Positions 12,331 to 25,100 of a stretch of DNA of 64,000 nucleotides are shown here, one piece after another (position 1 is the first letter of the stretch; every line of letters starts with the position of its first letter). The position numbers were made by a program, and so were the translations under genes. This DNA is from Raillietiella orientalis. Taxonomy: Eukaryota. The stretch is from NCBI GenBank assembly GCA_036172245.1, contig JAYWIR010000007.1:1426001-1490000 (forward strand), written 5' to 3'. The notes beneath the pieces were generated by a model. The model was not told the origin of the DNA. It searched no databases and saw only the letters and a list, made by a program, of their open reading frames with translations.

Positions 12331-15300
12331 AGAAGGCAGGGATCAATGAATCAATCGAAGGAGAGAAAGGGACAGGGATCGCCGGTTACACCCGTGGCGC
12401 CCTCTGGAATCTGCGTGCGATGCCAGCGGACATCCTCCTTCGCTCTGGCGTCCCACGAAGGCCTCTTTGTCGCATCACTCCCTGCTGCGGAGTGGAGGCG
12501 TGTGGACCTCCTTCCTTGCTGCCGCTCCTCCTCGGTGCTCCGGGATGCTGCGATCCTCCCGACGCAATGCACGGTGGGGGTGACGAGGGAGGCGGGCGAA
12601 TGTTCCTTGTCCCGCCTGAAGCAGCATCGCAGCAACTCTTCGGCAGCAGTGCCTTCGGGACGAAGAGGAGCGGCCGCGAAGGTCGCACGCGCCGAAGGGC
12701 AGAGCCTCTTCTTTCATTCAGCTGAGGGGGACCGCAGAGCTGACCCGGTAGGTAAATCTCCAAGGAGGAATGTCCTGACATCCTGCGCGACAGAGCAGCC
12801 CTTCGGCGCGGGCACCCGGTGCCCGCCGCGTCAGCCGACTGATCCGTCCTCCACTTTCGCCGCTCCGGCTACGGGGCACGAGATCACCCATCATGCGTGT
12901 CGGTCACTGTCGCCTCTCCCTCTTAGGGGCAGGAGAGCGAGTGCTGCGGCTAGGAGGGCGAGGGTGAGGGGACTGGTTCGTGCCCGCTCCTTCCCATTCC
13001 CCCCCCCCCACTTCCTCTTGGGGGGGACCGCTCCCAGGTTGTGTGGGCGGGAAACACCAACGCTGAGATCCAGGTGCCTCCTGTCGCCGAGCGTTGCAGC
13101 TGTTCGGGAGGCAGGAGACCCATTCGCCGCAGCGCCTTCATGCTGCGCCTGGCCCGTGGACAGAGAGCTGCCGGGTGACTCCTCTCTCTGTCACCCGCAG
13201 TGGGATTCCAGAAAGGTGAAGCGCCACCTGGAGGTCAACTGCCGGAACCGGGAAGGCTCTGAAGTCCTCGGTGCCGCCGGGGGTTTTTCTGAGACCTGCG
13301 TCCTTGCAGGTTGGTTCAACCATCTGTCCTCTACTGCAAACCCTCCAAGCTCTTCCTCATTCGCTCGTGGCTCTTCGAGCTTCCGAGCGCATGCGCATGC
13401 AGGGGACGCGGAGTGAAGTCGGCCGGAGTTGGACGGCAGGGCCGGCTTGCTGCAGCCTCGAAGACTCCGCTCTGGATAGCAACAGCAGCAGCCACCTCAC
13501 TACCTGACCCCCGACCTTTCTCTGTGGGAATCCGATGCCGGGGAGATTGGTTCCTCAATCTCCACAGCTCCCGAAAGAGAGTCTGCTGCTCCCTGTTCTC
13601 GAGCACCACGGAGGGGCTCTCCGGAATCTCTGCCGTCGCCACACTGCTGAACCACGAGAGGCGGCAACCAACCGCCGGTTTGCCTCAAGTGGAGATGGCG
13701 GAAAACGCTCCCTCTCATCGAAACCACGGGAACAGGGAAGTATGTGGCCTTGACCTCTGCCAGAGGTACCGAGTCCCTCCTGCACCTGCCAGAGGAGTCT
13801 GTTGCCCTCCAGGGTGTATGGAAACGATCCGCCCGTTCCCGAAGGGCATGTCCCGCCCCTCTCTTCCCTCCCAAATGGATGCTATCTTTTCGTCGATGGA
13901 GGGGGCGCTGAAGCCTTCCTCTTCTTGCCGTTCGCCACGACAGCCGGACGAGACCGGGGAAGAGCAAACGGGAAGGCGCCCTGGGGTGCAGGAGGCGTCC
14001 GCTATTCCGAGGACTCTCGCTCACTTTCGAAGGCGCGCTCCGAGTATCCCGCCGCTCGGAGGGGGCGACTTGCTGCCCTCCAGGCTTCTCGCCGCGCCCT
14101 CTCGCGGTAGCGATTCGTCCGTCGGCAGTCCGAAAGCGAAAGGAGGAGGAGGAGACGTCCCTTTCCCGCAGAACGAGAGGGGTTCGGGATGCACGGCGCG
14201 GGCGAAGTGGGGAGCCGAGGGGTATTTTGAAGTGCCCTTCCGTACGTAGCTCAGCGCCGTCTGCTGGGGCGCCGCGGCAGCCTCGCGCTGAACCCTGGAG
14301 GCGAGGAGTAGCGGGGACGCCGTCTCCATCGCATCCCCTCTTCAGGATGAAAACGATCACACTCCTGCTGCAAGGAAGAAACTGACAGCATCCTGGATGG
14401 GGGAGTCCTCTGCGATCCCTTCCCGCTCACCCTTCCAGCTTAAGGGCGGTTCTTCTGCTCCCCTTCCACTTCTGGCCATGAGCCCCTCGCCAGGCAGCCT
14501 TCCCACAGTCAAAGACGCCTCCCGAACTTGGACCGGTGCGGCTAGTGACCTTTGTCTTTCTGGAACGGCCGCTCCTATGGAAACGCCCTGGAATGACCGG
14601 GTGCGAACAGCGTAACCCGGCAATCACGTTCCAGATTAATTCATTTGCTTGTCTCGATGACCCGTTCCAGGGACCTCTGACAGCTGACCTGAGAGCGGCC
14701 TCCCCTCCCGGCTGCTTCTCGTGTCGTGGGGGGGCACCTCTTCTGTGTATGCTGACTTTTTGTAATGGACTTCTCGCTCAACCTTTGACTCCGAACATCC
14801 GGGTCATTTTTTTTTGGAAATCAGTAGACTCGTTACAGCAGGAAGGGAGGTGCCACATGGGCCGGCCGAAACAGGAGGGACCGTTTCTTCGCTGGGGATA
14901 CAGATCAGTAGGAGAGGAGTCAGTCCGCTTACGCAGCACCGGGGCAAGGGAAGGGAGAAAGGGGTCGCGCTTTGGATTGGTCCGCGCTCCATCTCCCTAG
15001 GACCTCCTGTCGCACCTCTCCGCGTGGCAGCGAGCGACCGCCGACCTTACTGGTAGGGGGTTCTCAGGGCACGGAGAACTCGCATCCAGGAGATCCCACC
15101 CCTCGTGAGTAGGGGACTCCTCTCGGGCACTCCCCCGCTGGGGTGCCACTCGGGGCCTCCCTCGGAAAACGCCGACGAAGCACCGGACTGCCGCCCCCCT
15201 CCGCGGGTCCTGAACAAGGTCTCCGGGCACGAATTCGCCCTCCGGCGCTCAACCTTTTCCTCCTCTCGCCGCCGCTGCAGACATTCCGGGTGGCCTCGTG

Positions 15301-17000
15301 CTGGGAACCCGGCGGGAACGCGCAGGACGGCGTTGCTGACCTCGCCCTTGCCTGCTCGAGATTGCAAAAGTCGCCGCTCGAGGGGATGCACGAGCACGCC
15401 CGAGGAGGGGTGGCTGTCTCGCGACCTCGCCTCGGGGACCGTCCGCCACGCGCACCCGCGCCCTGTCCCCCACGCTAGTGAACGTCAGGGTGCTGGACCT
15501 AGCCCGGAAGCGGACTGCTCCTTACGAACTGGGCCACCGCTTTCCCTGTCCCCCACGGAGGTACGCGTGCGCTCGTCGACCTGAAGGCGCCCACGGGGGC
15601 TCCTAGGGGCCGGAAGGACGCTCTCGAGGGCGTGGTCAAAGTCGTCCACGTCGCTCCCACAGGCACGGCCTGCTGACCTCCGCACAGCTGCGCGCGTGAA
15701 GAGTGAGTCTACACGGGAGGGAAAAGCGGTGAGTCGTCCGGGAAGGCCGTCAGCGTGGGGGCACGCGAGGACGAAGATCCCGTGTCCGCCTACACCCTTC
15801 CAGCTCCAGGTATAAGCTGGTACCAGAGAGGACGTAGCACCCGAGGCTGTCACATCGACGGCCCTGCTCCGTGAGGTCAGAATGTAGGGGTGTCAGCAAC
15901 CGGTGGGCAGGTCCGTGCCGGGAGCTTCAGAAGCCGCGCCAACGCCAGGGTCTCTGCCGACCGTTGTGAGCGGTACACCTGCCGCTTTCTCGGCGGCCGG
16001 GTACTTCCCAATACAGGCGCAGAGGTCGCCATGGAAAGCGGAGGGCGCGGGACCGTGGGCAGGGTAGTCAGGAGGAGAGGAGCGGGAGTGCTCGCTCGCG
16101 CCGCGGGCAAGAACCAGTTTCCTTCAGGAGGGCCGGGATTGAAGGACTCTTCTCCAGGGATGTCCTCGTCGACCTTCCGCCCCCACCTTCTCACCACGGT
16201 TCTTCAACCGACCGATGTTGTCAGGCGACAGCGTTCGGGGAGAGGGAAGAAGGGGGGAGAGAAAGACGGACCGCAAGCTCGCACCCGCGCCGTCGCCTCC
16301 GAGTTGACGCATCGAGGGAGGCGGTAGTCATGAAGACGGACTCCGGAGGCGACCGCTCCTTCCTCCACACCGCAGCAGGGCTCTCCGCCGCACATACGCG
16401 AGCTCACGTCTGCGCTCGACTTGGGGAGGGGGAGAGGGGGGAGACTAAAGCGGGGAAGGAGAAACCGTGCGTCGTTGCTGTGGCAACCTCTTCGGTTGCC
16501 TCAGGACGGCAATCAGCCGTCCGATGGAGCGTACGGCGCGATCGAGTGTAGGGAACCCCAGCGCCTTCCTCCACAACCGCGTCTTCCTCCTTTGCTCCTC
16601 CTCCTACCCGTGGCCCATGGCCCCCTGATGACCCAGTTCCTCCCCGATGAGCACTCCCCGGGCATTCCCTCGAGGACTCGCGGAGAACGTCCAAGGCGGA
16701 GACGCTCCCTTCACTGAAGCCCCTCATCCCCTCCTCTTCCACGTCATCCATGCCTCCCTCCCTCTCGTCCGCCGCTCCGTTCCGGGTGCGTCCCCCGCCG
16801 CCGCCTTCGAACGGCACCACCGTCCCGTCAACAACACGCACGCAGGCACGCTCACGTTCACCGGAAAGAGAGAGAGAGAAAGAGATGCGGCTGTGGGAAG
16901 GGGGGGGGATGAGAACACGGGCTGCCGGAAGCGGCAGCCCGTGCCCCTGTGGTACGCCCTCTGGCGAGCACGGGTGGCTGGCTGGCAGTTGAAGCTCGCG

Positions 17001-17285
17001 ATGGCTCCGAGAAGGACCTGCGCCCTCGTCTTCGTCTTCCAGCTGGCGCTCATCGCGCTCTTCTGGGTGTTCAGCACGTACGACTACGGCGGATCGGGAC
17101 ATGAGAGCAACGGCACCACCGCCAACGGGCACGCTACCGCCAACGCCTTTGAGGGAGCGGCTGGAGGTGCGCATCATGCGCACGTGGGAGGGAAGGAGCT
17201 GCCACCGTGGGGCACCGTCGCCGGGGTGCAGGCCGGGGACCGTGGCACCCCAGTCACCCACGCCACCCTCACTGCTCCCGAACAG
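17001..17285 (+). CDS. Alternative first coding exon (1A) of the Rh ammonium transporter
   Basis: MAPRRTCALVFVFQLALIALFWVFSTYDY has the Rh TM1 pattern (Q..LF....Y-D) and parallels exon 1[23 protein letters not shown]. It ends at a strong donor CAG|GTAAG and joins in frame to the acceptor at 22731 (EQ|DVHQM). Confidence 0.6.
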
Positions 17286-20200
17286 GTAAGAAAGGGGCGC
17301 TCCGCCCGTACCCGGAGCGGCATCGATCTGTGCAGGAGAGAGGCGGCCTTTCGGGAGGCCTCAACGGATACGAGGACCTCGCCGTCATTGAGGTGGAAGA
17401 GAGAGTGTCCCGGTCCTACGACTCTTACGCAAGTAGGTGAAGGGGACGAGAGGGGGGAGACTCCGCAGCCAGCGGGGCCGCTTCCCCTACGCGGCTGCTC
17501 CCCGAGGGCAGCCTTCGCCTGGCTTCCAGGAAGATGGCGGTCGCTCCCAACCAGTCTCTTAGGGGAAAGGGGAGGAGGAGGGAGGGGTGGGTGAACTCCC
17601 GTCTCCTTCCGCGTGGTAGCAGGAGGTGCATGCGGCCGGCGCAGCAAAGGGAGGAGAGGAGCCTTCCCCCCCGTCGGAGCGGGGGTCCAAGAATTGGCGG
17701 CACCGAAAGGGGTGCTGGTGAACATGCCAGCCGCCTTCCAGGAGGAAGGAAGATCCAGGGGAAGCGAAAGGCACGTTAGGGGTCCTCGAGAAGGACAGCA
17801 TGGAGGAGGGGGGAACCTGGACGGAACGAGGGCAAGAATTCGGGAAAGCACTGGTCGAAGGGGGCTGCGGATGCTGGAGGCTGCGAGGTTCCGGGATCTT
17901 CCGTCGCGCGCCCTCGCGTGCGCAACTGCACGGGATGGGGAATGTACCCCTCCCAGGCGGAAGGAGGGTTCTCCCGAGTCTTCCGGGTCGGGCGCACGTG
18001 ACTCTCGCGTCAGCTGCCACAGGGGGGGGGGGGGGGTCTCTGCGGCCGCTCTCTTTCGTCCTCCACTCTCTCCTCTCTTAGAGAGAGGCCGAGGGCGTCT
18101 GCGCCCCCCGAGGTGGAGACACGGCAGCGGGCGGCCCACGATCAGGGGAGGCGACTCGGCGTCACGGCGCGGGATCGTCCGGCTCCCGGTGACGCCCGGG
18201 GACACTGGCGCAGGAAGATCCGCGAGCGACGATGGGGAGGAAAGGGAGAGCGGGGGTGGGGTGGGTCCCACAGCGCCCAAGCGCCTTCAATCCTTCGCTC
18301 CCCCCGCATCTACCGCAGGGTCCGTCCTGCCTCACTCTCGCTGGGAGTCCACGGGGAGCTGTCCGATGCTCCCTCGTCCGAAGGGGAGGCAGATGTCGGC
18401 CCAGCCCTTGGGGGACCGGCCGACCTCCTCCTCTCAGCCACGCGTTCCATCCGGCCAGGTGCACCCCCGCCAGGTTGCTGTGGAGGTGCGACCTCGCCGG
18501 CCGGTCAGTCACGTGATCCGCCGCTCGCCTCCTCGACTTTTCCGGAGGTCTTTCTTCCCCAGGGCCCCTGACCGAGCCTTCCGGGATGCCCTCTCGTGGG
18601 ACTCCTCGCAGGAGGAGGAGAAATCCGCGGCGGCGCTCTGGGAGGCGGCCGCCTCTCCCACGAGCTGCCGCGGGATACTCGACTCAAGGAAGGGATTGAG
18701 ATGCGGGCTGGGCGCAGCTTCCGGCAGCCCTCCTCCCCTCTTCTTCCGTTCCTTCTCCAGGACGTCGCGGATTCTACCGTGCGTCCTGCCGTCCTATCCG
18801 CAGCGAACCGATGGGTGGGAGACACGGAAGGAGGAGGGAGATTCGATTGGCAAGGCGAAGAACGCGCTGGCGCCTCCCTGCATATGTGTAGCCTCCTCCT
18901 GTGCGTGCGGCCGCTTCGCCCTCTCGGGAGAGGAGCTCCTCATCTTTCTCCCTCCTTTCTCCTCCTCCCAGCCAGAAGATAAAGAGCAGGTCTTTTCCTG
19001 ATTCCTTCCCTCCTGATTTTACGAGAGGAGTGTCTGACGGCTCCCTTCTCCCTTCTCCCCGCCGTTTGCTTCCGAGGACAGCGGGATCGTCAAGAGGGAA
19101 TATCCGGTTTCAGAGAAGACGAGGAAGGAGAAGAGGCACGAGAAATCTCGCGGAGGGAAGAACTCTGCGGGGTCGGCGGGGTCCCAGGGCAGCCAGCCTA
19201 CGGGTGCGCGACGCTCGCGGCGGTCGCGTGGCTTCCAGAGAGCCGTGTCCGACGAGCCCCCTCCGAGGTGGTGGGCCGATCAACAGGCAAAGATGGAAGG
19301 TCACGCGGTTCGCAACCGCTTCCATCGGTCTGGCGACCAGCGGAAGCGGCTGTTGCGCCTCCGGGTACCGTCTCCGCTACCTCTGCCACCCAGGTAACGT
19401 CCAGTCGGGGCAGAGACCACCCTCAACGAATTGCCAGTTTCCACTTTCCCTGGTTTCCAGGGAGACTAGGCAGTTGGGGGCGGGCAACGGAATTTCTTCC
19501 CATTTTCCTGGCTTTTCGGCACCTATCAGGCTGCTGCTGCTGCCGCCACCACGAATCTCCGATCGTGGATGCTCGCCGTGCAGCTGCCAACCTCTTTGCT
19601 TCCTGAGGTTGCCACAGAGCTCGGAGCATATCTGACCGATAGGGATCTCAATCCGTCCGGCAGGGAAGTACAAAATGCCAAGAGTTGGTCCAGGGGGATA
19701 TCGGGGGAATACAAACAACGCGAGTGCCTCCAGAGAGCCGTGCCGCTGAGAGAAGCTGCGGATGGAGACGCTCGGGTCCCTCCCCTTTCATGAGGCTGCG
19801 TGTGCAAGGCGGCAGGGAAGGATGAGGAAGCAGGTGAATGTAAATAAAATGCAAATGCCTCTTGAAGAGCGCCCACGCCTCTCGTCTCTGACTCGCAGAT
19901 GAGATGCCTGCATTTTTAGTACCTCGACATCCCCTTGCAGTGGCTTGGGATGCGAAGAGCCGGTTTCGCTGCGAGCATCCAACAACAGATGGCATTGTGG
20001 AGTTGGCGGGTCTTATCGCACCACAGAAGGGAGGGGGGGGGAGGATAAGGAGGGAAAAAAAAGGGCAGAACTTCGAGTGTGGTCGCGCAGGGATAGGGAC
20101 TTCCGTTTCTCTCCGCCGCTTGGCACTCAGGGACTTGTATTTTCATGTGGGCGTCCTAGCGGATGCAGATGAAGAGGTCCTGAAGACGCTCACGATACGA

Positions 20201-20776
20201 TCAAACGGCGGCCATTAGCGCTCCCGCACACCCACACCCACACAAAAAAAAAAAAAAACAGACGCGCGCCTGCCCGGTGCACAACTGCTTTGAGCCGACT
20301 GACCGTGACCCTTGCTGCGGTCGGACCCTAGGACAAACAGAGGTCCGCGAGACCCTAGCGTGCCGGCTGGGAGAAAGTGTCAAGCCAAAAGCGAAGTGTG
20401 CAGTGAGCAGAAGAAAAAAAAACTGAAACGAGAGATGAATGTTTTCGTAAAATTCAAAATGGAAACTGTCCAGGACCGAAACGAATCCGCGAGAGAGGAG
20501 ATCGACACGTGACAACAAGAAAGAGAAGCCATGTGTAGGAATTCACGCAAAGCTAGAAATTACGCGCGTAATATCTCTTGAATGTTTGCTTTATGCTTCT
20601 GCTCTTTCTCTCCTCCCCTCCCCTTCCTCGATTTTTTGCCGAATATTTCGCAAGGCTGAACGTGTGCTAAGATTCATAAGAAGATTTCTGAAGGAAAGGC
20701 GAGGGGGAGGGGAGGGGAGATAGAAACGATTTATCGCAGATAACTCGTGCTGTTCTCGTTCTAATTTTTCTTGCGC

Positions 20777-20827
20777 GTCCAGCGGAGCACACGGGAAGTC
20801 CAGCGGAGCACACGGGAAGGAGCACAC
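20777..20827. repeat. 21-bp tandem duplication (gtccagcggagcacacgggaa x2 plus a partial copy)
   Basis: Exact duplication read directly. It is flanked by two copies of tctcgttctaat. Confidence 0.8.
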
Positions 20828-22140
20828 TTCTCGTTCTAATGTCCCCAAGCACGGTGGGCTGTATCTTCCCGCAGCACCAAAGCACGTCATTTGCAGTGGC
20901 TTCTTTCCCTTGCGCGTTTCCTCAGAGGTGAACGAAGAAAGCGCGATTGTTCCGACGAGCTGAATGTACAGTAAGCGTCACCATCGGCTTCTCTAGAAAG
21001 AAGTGGTTAGGCAGGCTTGCACTGAGACTGGGTCTGTCTGCCGGAAAGCAGCATCTGCTCTCCAGAGCCACGCTCCTAGGATTCCTTTTTCCCGCCCCCT
21101 TCAGTCCCTGTTCCCTCTTCCCCGCTCCTCCCCTTACCCTGTTCCCTCGATACTCGCAGAAGCTGTGATGTGCCGTCTACTCTGAAGACAACACAGGAAG
21201 ATTTCATCTGAAGCGGACAAGAATCTAGAGACGAATCTCGGTTGCCTAGCAGCGGGCAAGGAGCCCTGCTGGATGCATGTGGCTGAATCGAGGATTCCAG
21301 CATGGCTCGTACGCTATCTTCGACGTTTCGCCTTCCACTCTTTTTCCTTCCCTCGCTCTTCCTTTCCATTGAGCACATGCGTCCTATTAAGCCCCCTCCT
21401 CGGCACAGACACTCCTTGGAGAATGACATCGGAAGGAGAATCCAAGCTCCTTTCAGTGCGAAAAAAGAAAGAAAATGACTACCCCGTGGGTTCCGGAAAT
21501 CTTTCTTCAGAAGGAGAAAAAAATTCTCGCGACCTGTTCGGGACCCATCGCTGCTTCAACGGCGATCCTCTCTGCGGCGAGGAGGAGGCACGCCAGAAAG
21601 GCCGCTTTCTGCAGGCACGACCTTCCTGATCTTCATCATCTTCGAGGAGAGAGCCCTCAGGAATAGTATTGATCAAAGGGTTCTCTCCGACCACCTCCCA
21701 CTCCAATCTTCCATCCCCCGTTCCCAATGAGCTCCCGTGGAAGAGAGGAGGGAATCGTCTCCAGACCTCTGAGGGGATATAGTGTCTCCTGTGAGACGGA
21801 CGTCTTGGTCTGGATTATAGATGACGGGCCGGCGGACACTCCCTACCCCACCTGCGGGAGGTGCCAATCGGGTCTCAGGGACCGGCCGCGAGGAAGCGCG
21901 CCGAGCGCGCTTGCCTTATCTCCTCTTCTAGGCTACCCTCGAGATAAAAAAAAGAAAAAGAGAAGAAAAAGGTGCGCTTCCTGGAAGCCACACTTCTCGA
22001 AAGGGGGACGTCCCAGTTTTTGTTTGTTTGTTTGTTTTTGTTTCTTTGTGTTACTGATCTCGTGTCGCTTGCCCCCTGTCGGCGACCGACGGGTGGCGTG
22101 AGCGCCGGTCGCCGTGGTGCCCTAGAAAGAGAAGTTCTCC

Positions 22141-25100
22141 ATGCTGAAGCTGCAGCTCGGGCCGAGGGAAGAATGCGGAGGCGGCTGCTGCAGGCGGCTG
22201 CTCACTCCACGATTCCGTCACGTGTTCCTGCTGTGCCAGCTGGGATTCATCGTGCTCTTCGCCGTCCTGGCCGTGTATGATCAGGATGGAGACGCCCGGG
22301 ACCCCCTGCACAACAGTCATCCGGCCCTGTGGGGCCCTGCGGCGAACTGGAACATCGTCACCATCACGCCCAAACGTAAACATCATATGGGGCGTGCGCT
22401 ACTCTTCGTCCGGGATTTGGAAGAAGGGTACTGGAGGGAAAGGGGGAGAGGAAAAAAGAAGTGGGCAAGGGAGCAGGGAAAATGGGGTTGGGACAAGCAC
22501 GAGATATCCGGATACGCACGGAAGGTGGTCTCTGTACCTTTGCGTTCCTCCCGCGACGGCAGCCATCACCAGCCTCCCGTCCCCCAAGGTCCCTGCTCTC
22601 TGCCCAACCTCCCCCTTCCCCCAGCAGCGCATCCAATGGGATTTCCCGTGCGCCGATGTCGCGTCCCGCTCCTCCTCTTCCCTTCTGTCCTTCCGAGCGG
22701 CCTGGCGCTGACCCCGCGGCAGTGTTCCAGGACGTACATCAAATGATCTTCATCGGCTTCGGCTTCTTGATGACCTTCCTCAAGAGGTACAGCTACAGCG
22801 CGGTGGGTCTGAACCTCCTGATCGCCGCCCTACTCGTCCAGTGGGCCATCATCTGCCAGGGACTCTTCAGGATGAGCGGCGGGTACTTCTCCGTGGGACT
22901 GCTCTCGTAAGCACCTCCCCAGCCATCACTTCCTTCTCCCTTCCCGCTCCTCCTCTCCCTCTTCCCACTGCCCCTCTCTTCCGCCGCCTCCATTCATCCT
23001 CGCCAGGAACTCCCTTCTGAAGCAGGAAAGCGGAGAAAGACGAAGAGATGCCGGAGATTGCGAGTCTTCCTCGTGCGCCTCCCGCACCTGCTCGCGCAAC
23101 CCCGAGAACGGCGAGAGAGGGAGCAGGGAAAAGGATCTTCGCGGCATCCCCAGGGGGAAGACCCAGGGAACGATGACCGGGTCTGCCGTGGTTTTCCCCT
23201 CACAGGTTCCTCCTCTCCCTCACGATTCTCGTGAGTCCTGGCTGGACAAGACTGGCGGTCCCAGACCTCCCTCGTCATCCCTCCCTCCCCATGGGCATCC
23301 TGGAAGACGTACCCTGAGCCTTGGACTCCCTTGCGGGGCCGCAACCCGCAGCGACAGCAAATCCGAAGAGGTCCTTCCTGGTTCCCAGGCCCACTTCCTG
23401 CCCTCCCTCGCGAACCCTGTGCGGGCTGCTCCTCGTTCCCTCCACCTCGCCTAATCGATCGGCCCCCTCCGGCATGGCCGTGCCTCCTCCTCCAGAGCCC
23501 TCGGGGCATGTCTTTCAGGCTGCTAAACGCTGACATCGCAGCGGCCGCGGTGCTCATCTCCTTCGGCGCGCTGCTGGGGACGACATCGCCATTGCAGCTG
23601 CTCATGATGGCCTTCCTGGAGATGGCCGTCTTCGCGACCAACGAGCACGTGCTCTACCACGTCCTGGAGGTAGGAGGGGCCAAAGGTGCCCCCCCCCCGC
23701 CCACTGGTAACGCACGTCAACCCCCTTCCTCCTCCGGCAGGTGGCCGACGTCGGAGGGTCCATCGTTGTGCACACGTTCGGGGCATACTTCGGCCTGGCC
23801 GCTAGCTTCGCTCTCTTCCGCCCGGAGGCGTGCGGCCACCACAACGAGGAGGCATGCGTGCGCTCCGACATAACTGCCATGATAGGTGAGCTGGGGAGAC
23901 GAGTCCCCCCTCCCGTCCCTTTCTCCTTCCTGCTGCTGCGGCAGGGAGGGAGGAGCGAGGTCAAGGGGGTGGAGGAGCGCTGGGCGAAGGGGAGCTGGGT
24001 GGGTAGAGGCGAGGGGGCAGGGGCCTCGAGACCACTGTGGCCTCCGAAGATCACACCCCAAGCTCCCGGGAACCTCCGCGATCTCTCCCTCGAGCGCCTC
24101 TCGGCCAGGGGCCGGACACGCTCACAAGACCACGGCGGGGCGCTTCCTGTTTGCAGTTTCTCAGAAGAGGAAGAGGTCCCTGAGGGCACGCCTCCAGAGT
24201 CACAGGCATTGGGGGGAGGAGAGGCCAAAATTTCTCCACCCCGTCCTGGCGTCGACAAACCCCCTCGGGCCGGCTGACTTGCACTTTTCTCAGAGGAGGG
24301 CGGAGGCCAACTGGATAGAGGCCGCTGGCCGCTTCCGACCTCCCCCCGGCAAGGAGCCGAGATACCGTCCCTCACTCCTTCCCTTGCGCTTCTGTAGGTT
24401 CTGAGGGGATTTTGTGGCCCGACAGACCGTACGGATGTGAGCCGGAGGCGAGGTTTTCCTGAGTGTGGAGGTCCTCAGGGGAGAACCCTCATTTCCCCCT
24501 CCCTTCTTCCTTCTCCTCCTCCTCCTCCTCCAGCTCGCAGCTGTTTGGCTCGGGCTCATCGTGCCGCTTTTGCCAAAGTCGACGGCTCGCAATCGTGGAG
24601 GTCGTTCGTCGGGAGAAGGGAGGGGGATGAGGAGCACGGAGAGCGTCGAAGGATAACGATAGGGGGAACGGATCAAGCAAGGGAACGGGCACAGTAGGGT
24701 GTGGGAACGACGGAACGCGACGGAGGTCCTCCACCCTGCTCGATCGGCCTGCCGTCCGTTTCCTGGCCGATCTCCGGGGTTCCGTCGCGTTCCTTCCTTC
24801 TGGAGAGCTGCGCTGGCAGTGTGATGCCTCCGGGAGAGCGGCAAATCTGACTGACAGCTCAGAGCGAGATCCCCGAGCCGCTTGAATTTTTCCACTCCGC
24901 CGCGCTCTCTCCGCGCCGCATATCCGCGTGATTTGCACGAAGGGCGGGGAGGCCCTTCGAGGAAGAAGGCACGGATCTCCGCAGCAGCAGCCGTGCGCTG
25001 CGCCCGTTGGGAAATGAGGATCCATCCGCAGGCTTGAGGTGGCACCTGTGCCTCGGAAGGTCGGCAGCGCCCGGCCGGACTCCAGAGGGAAGCTGGATGC

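Noticed and set aside
6900..21900. Many long overlapping ORFs (e.g. 17613-19001, 12346-13416, 11132-12037)
   Set aside because: They are R/G/P/S-rich in all six frames with no domain motifs, as expected from stop-codon scarcity in high-GC DNA.
21893..21931. Hairpin plus CTAG as a Helitron 3' end
   Set aside because: CTAG is followed by G rather than T, and no 5' end or second copy was found.
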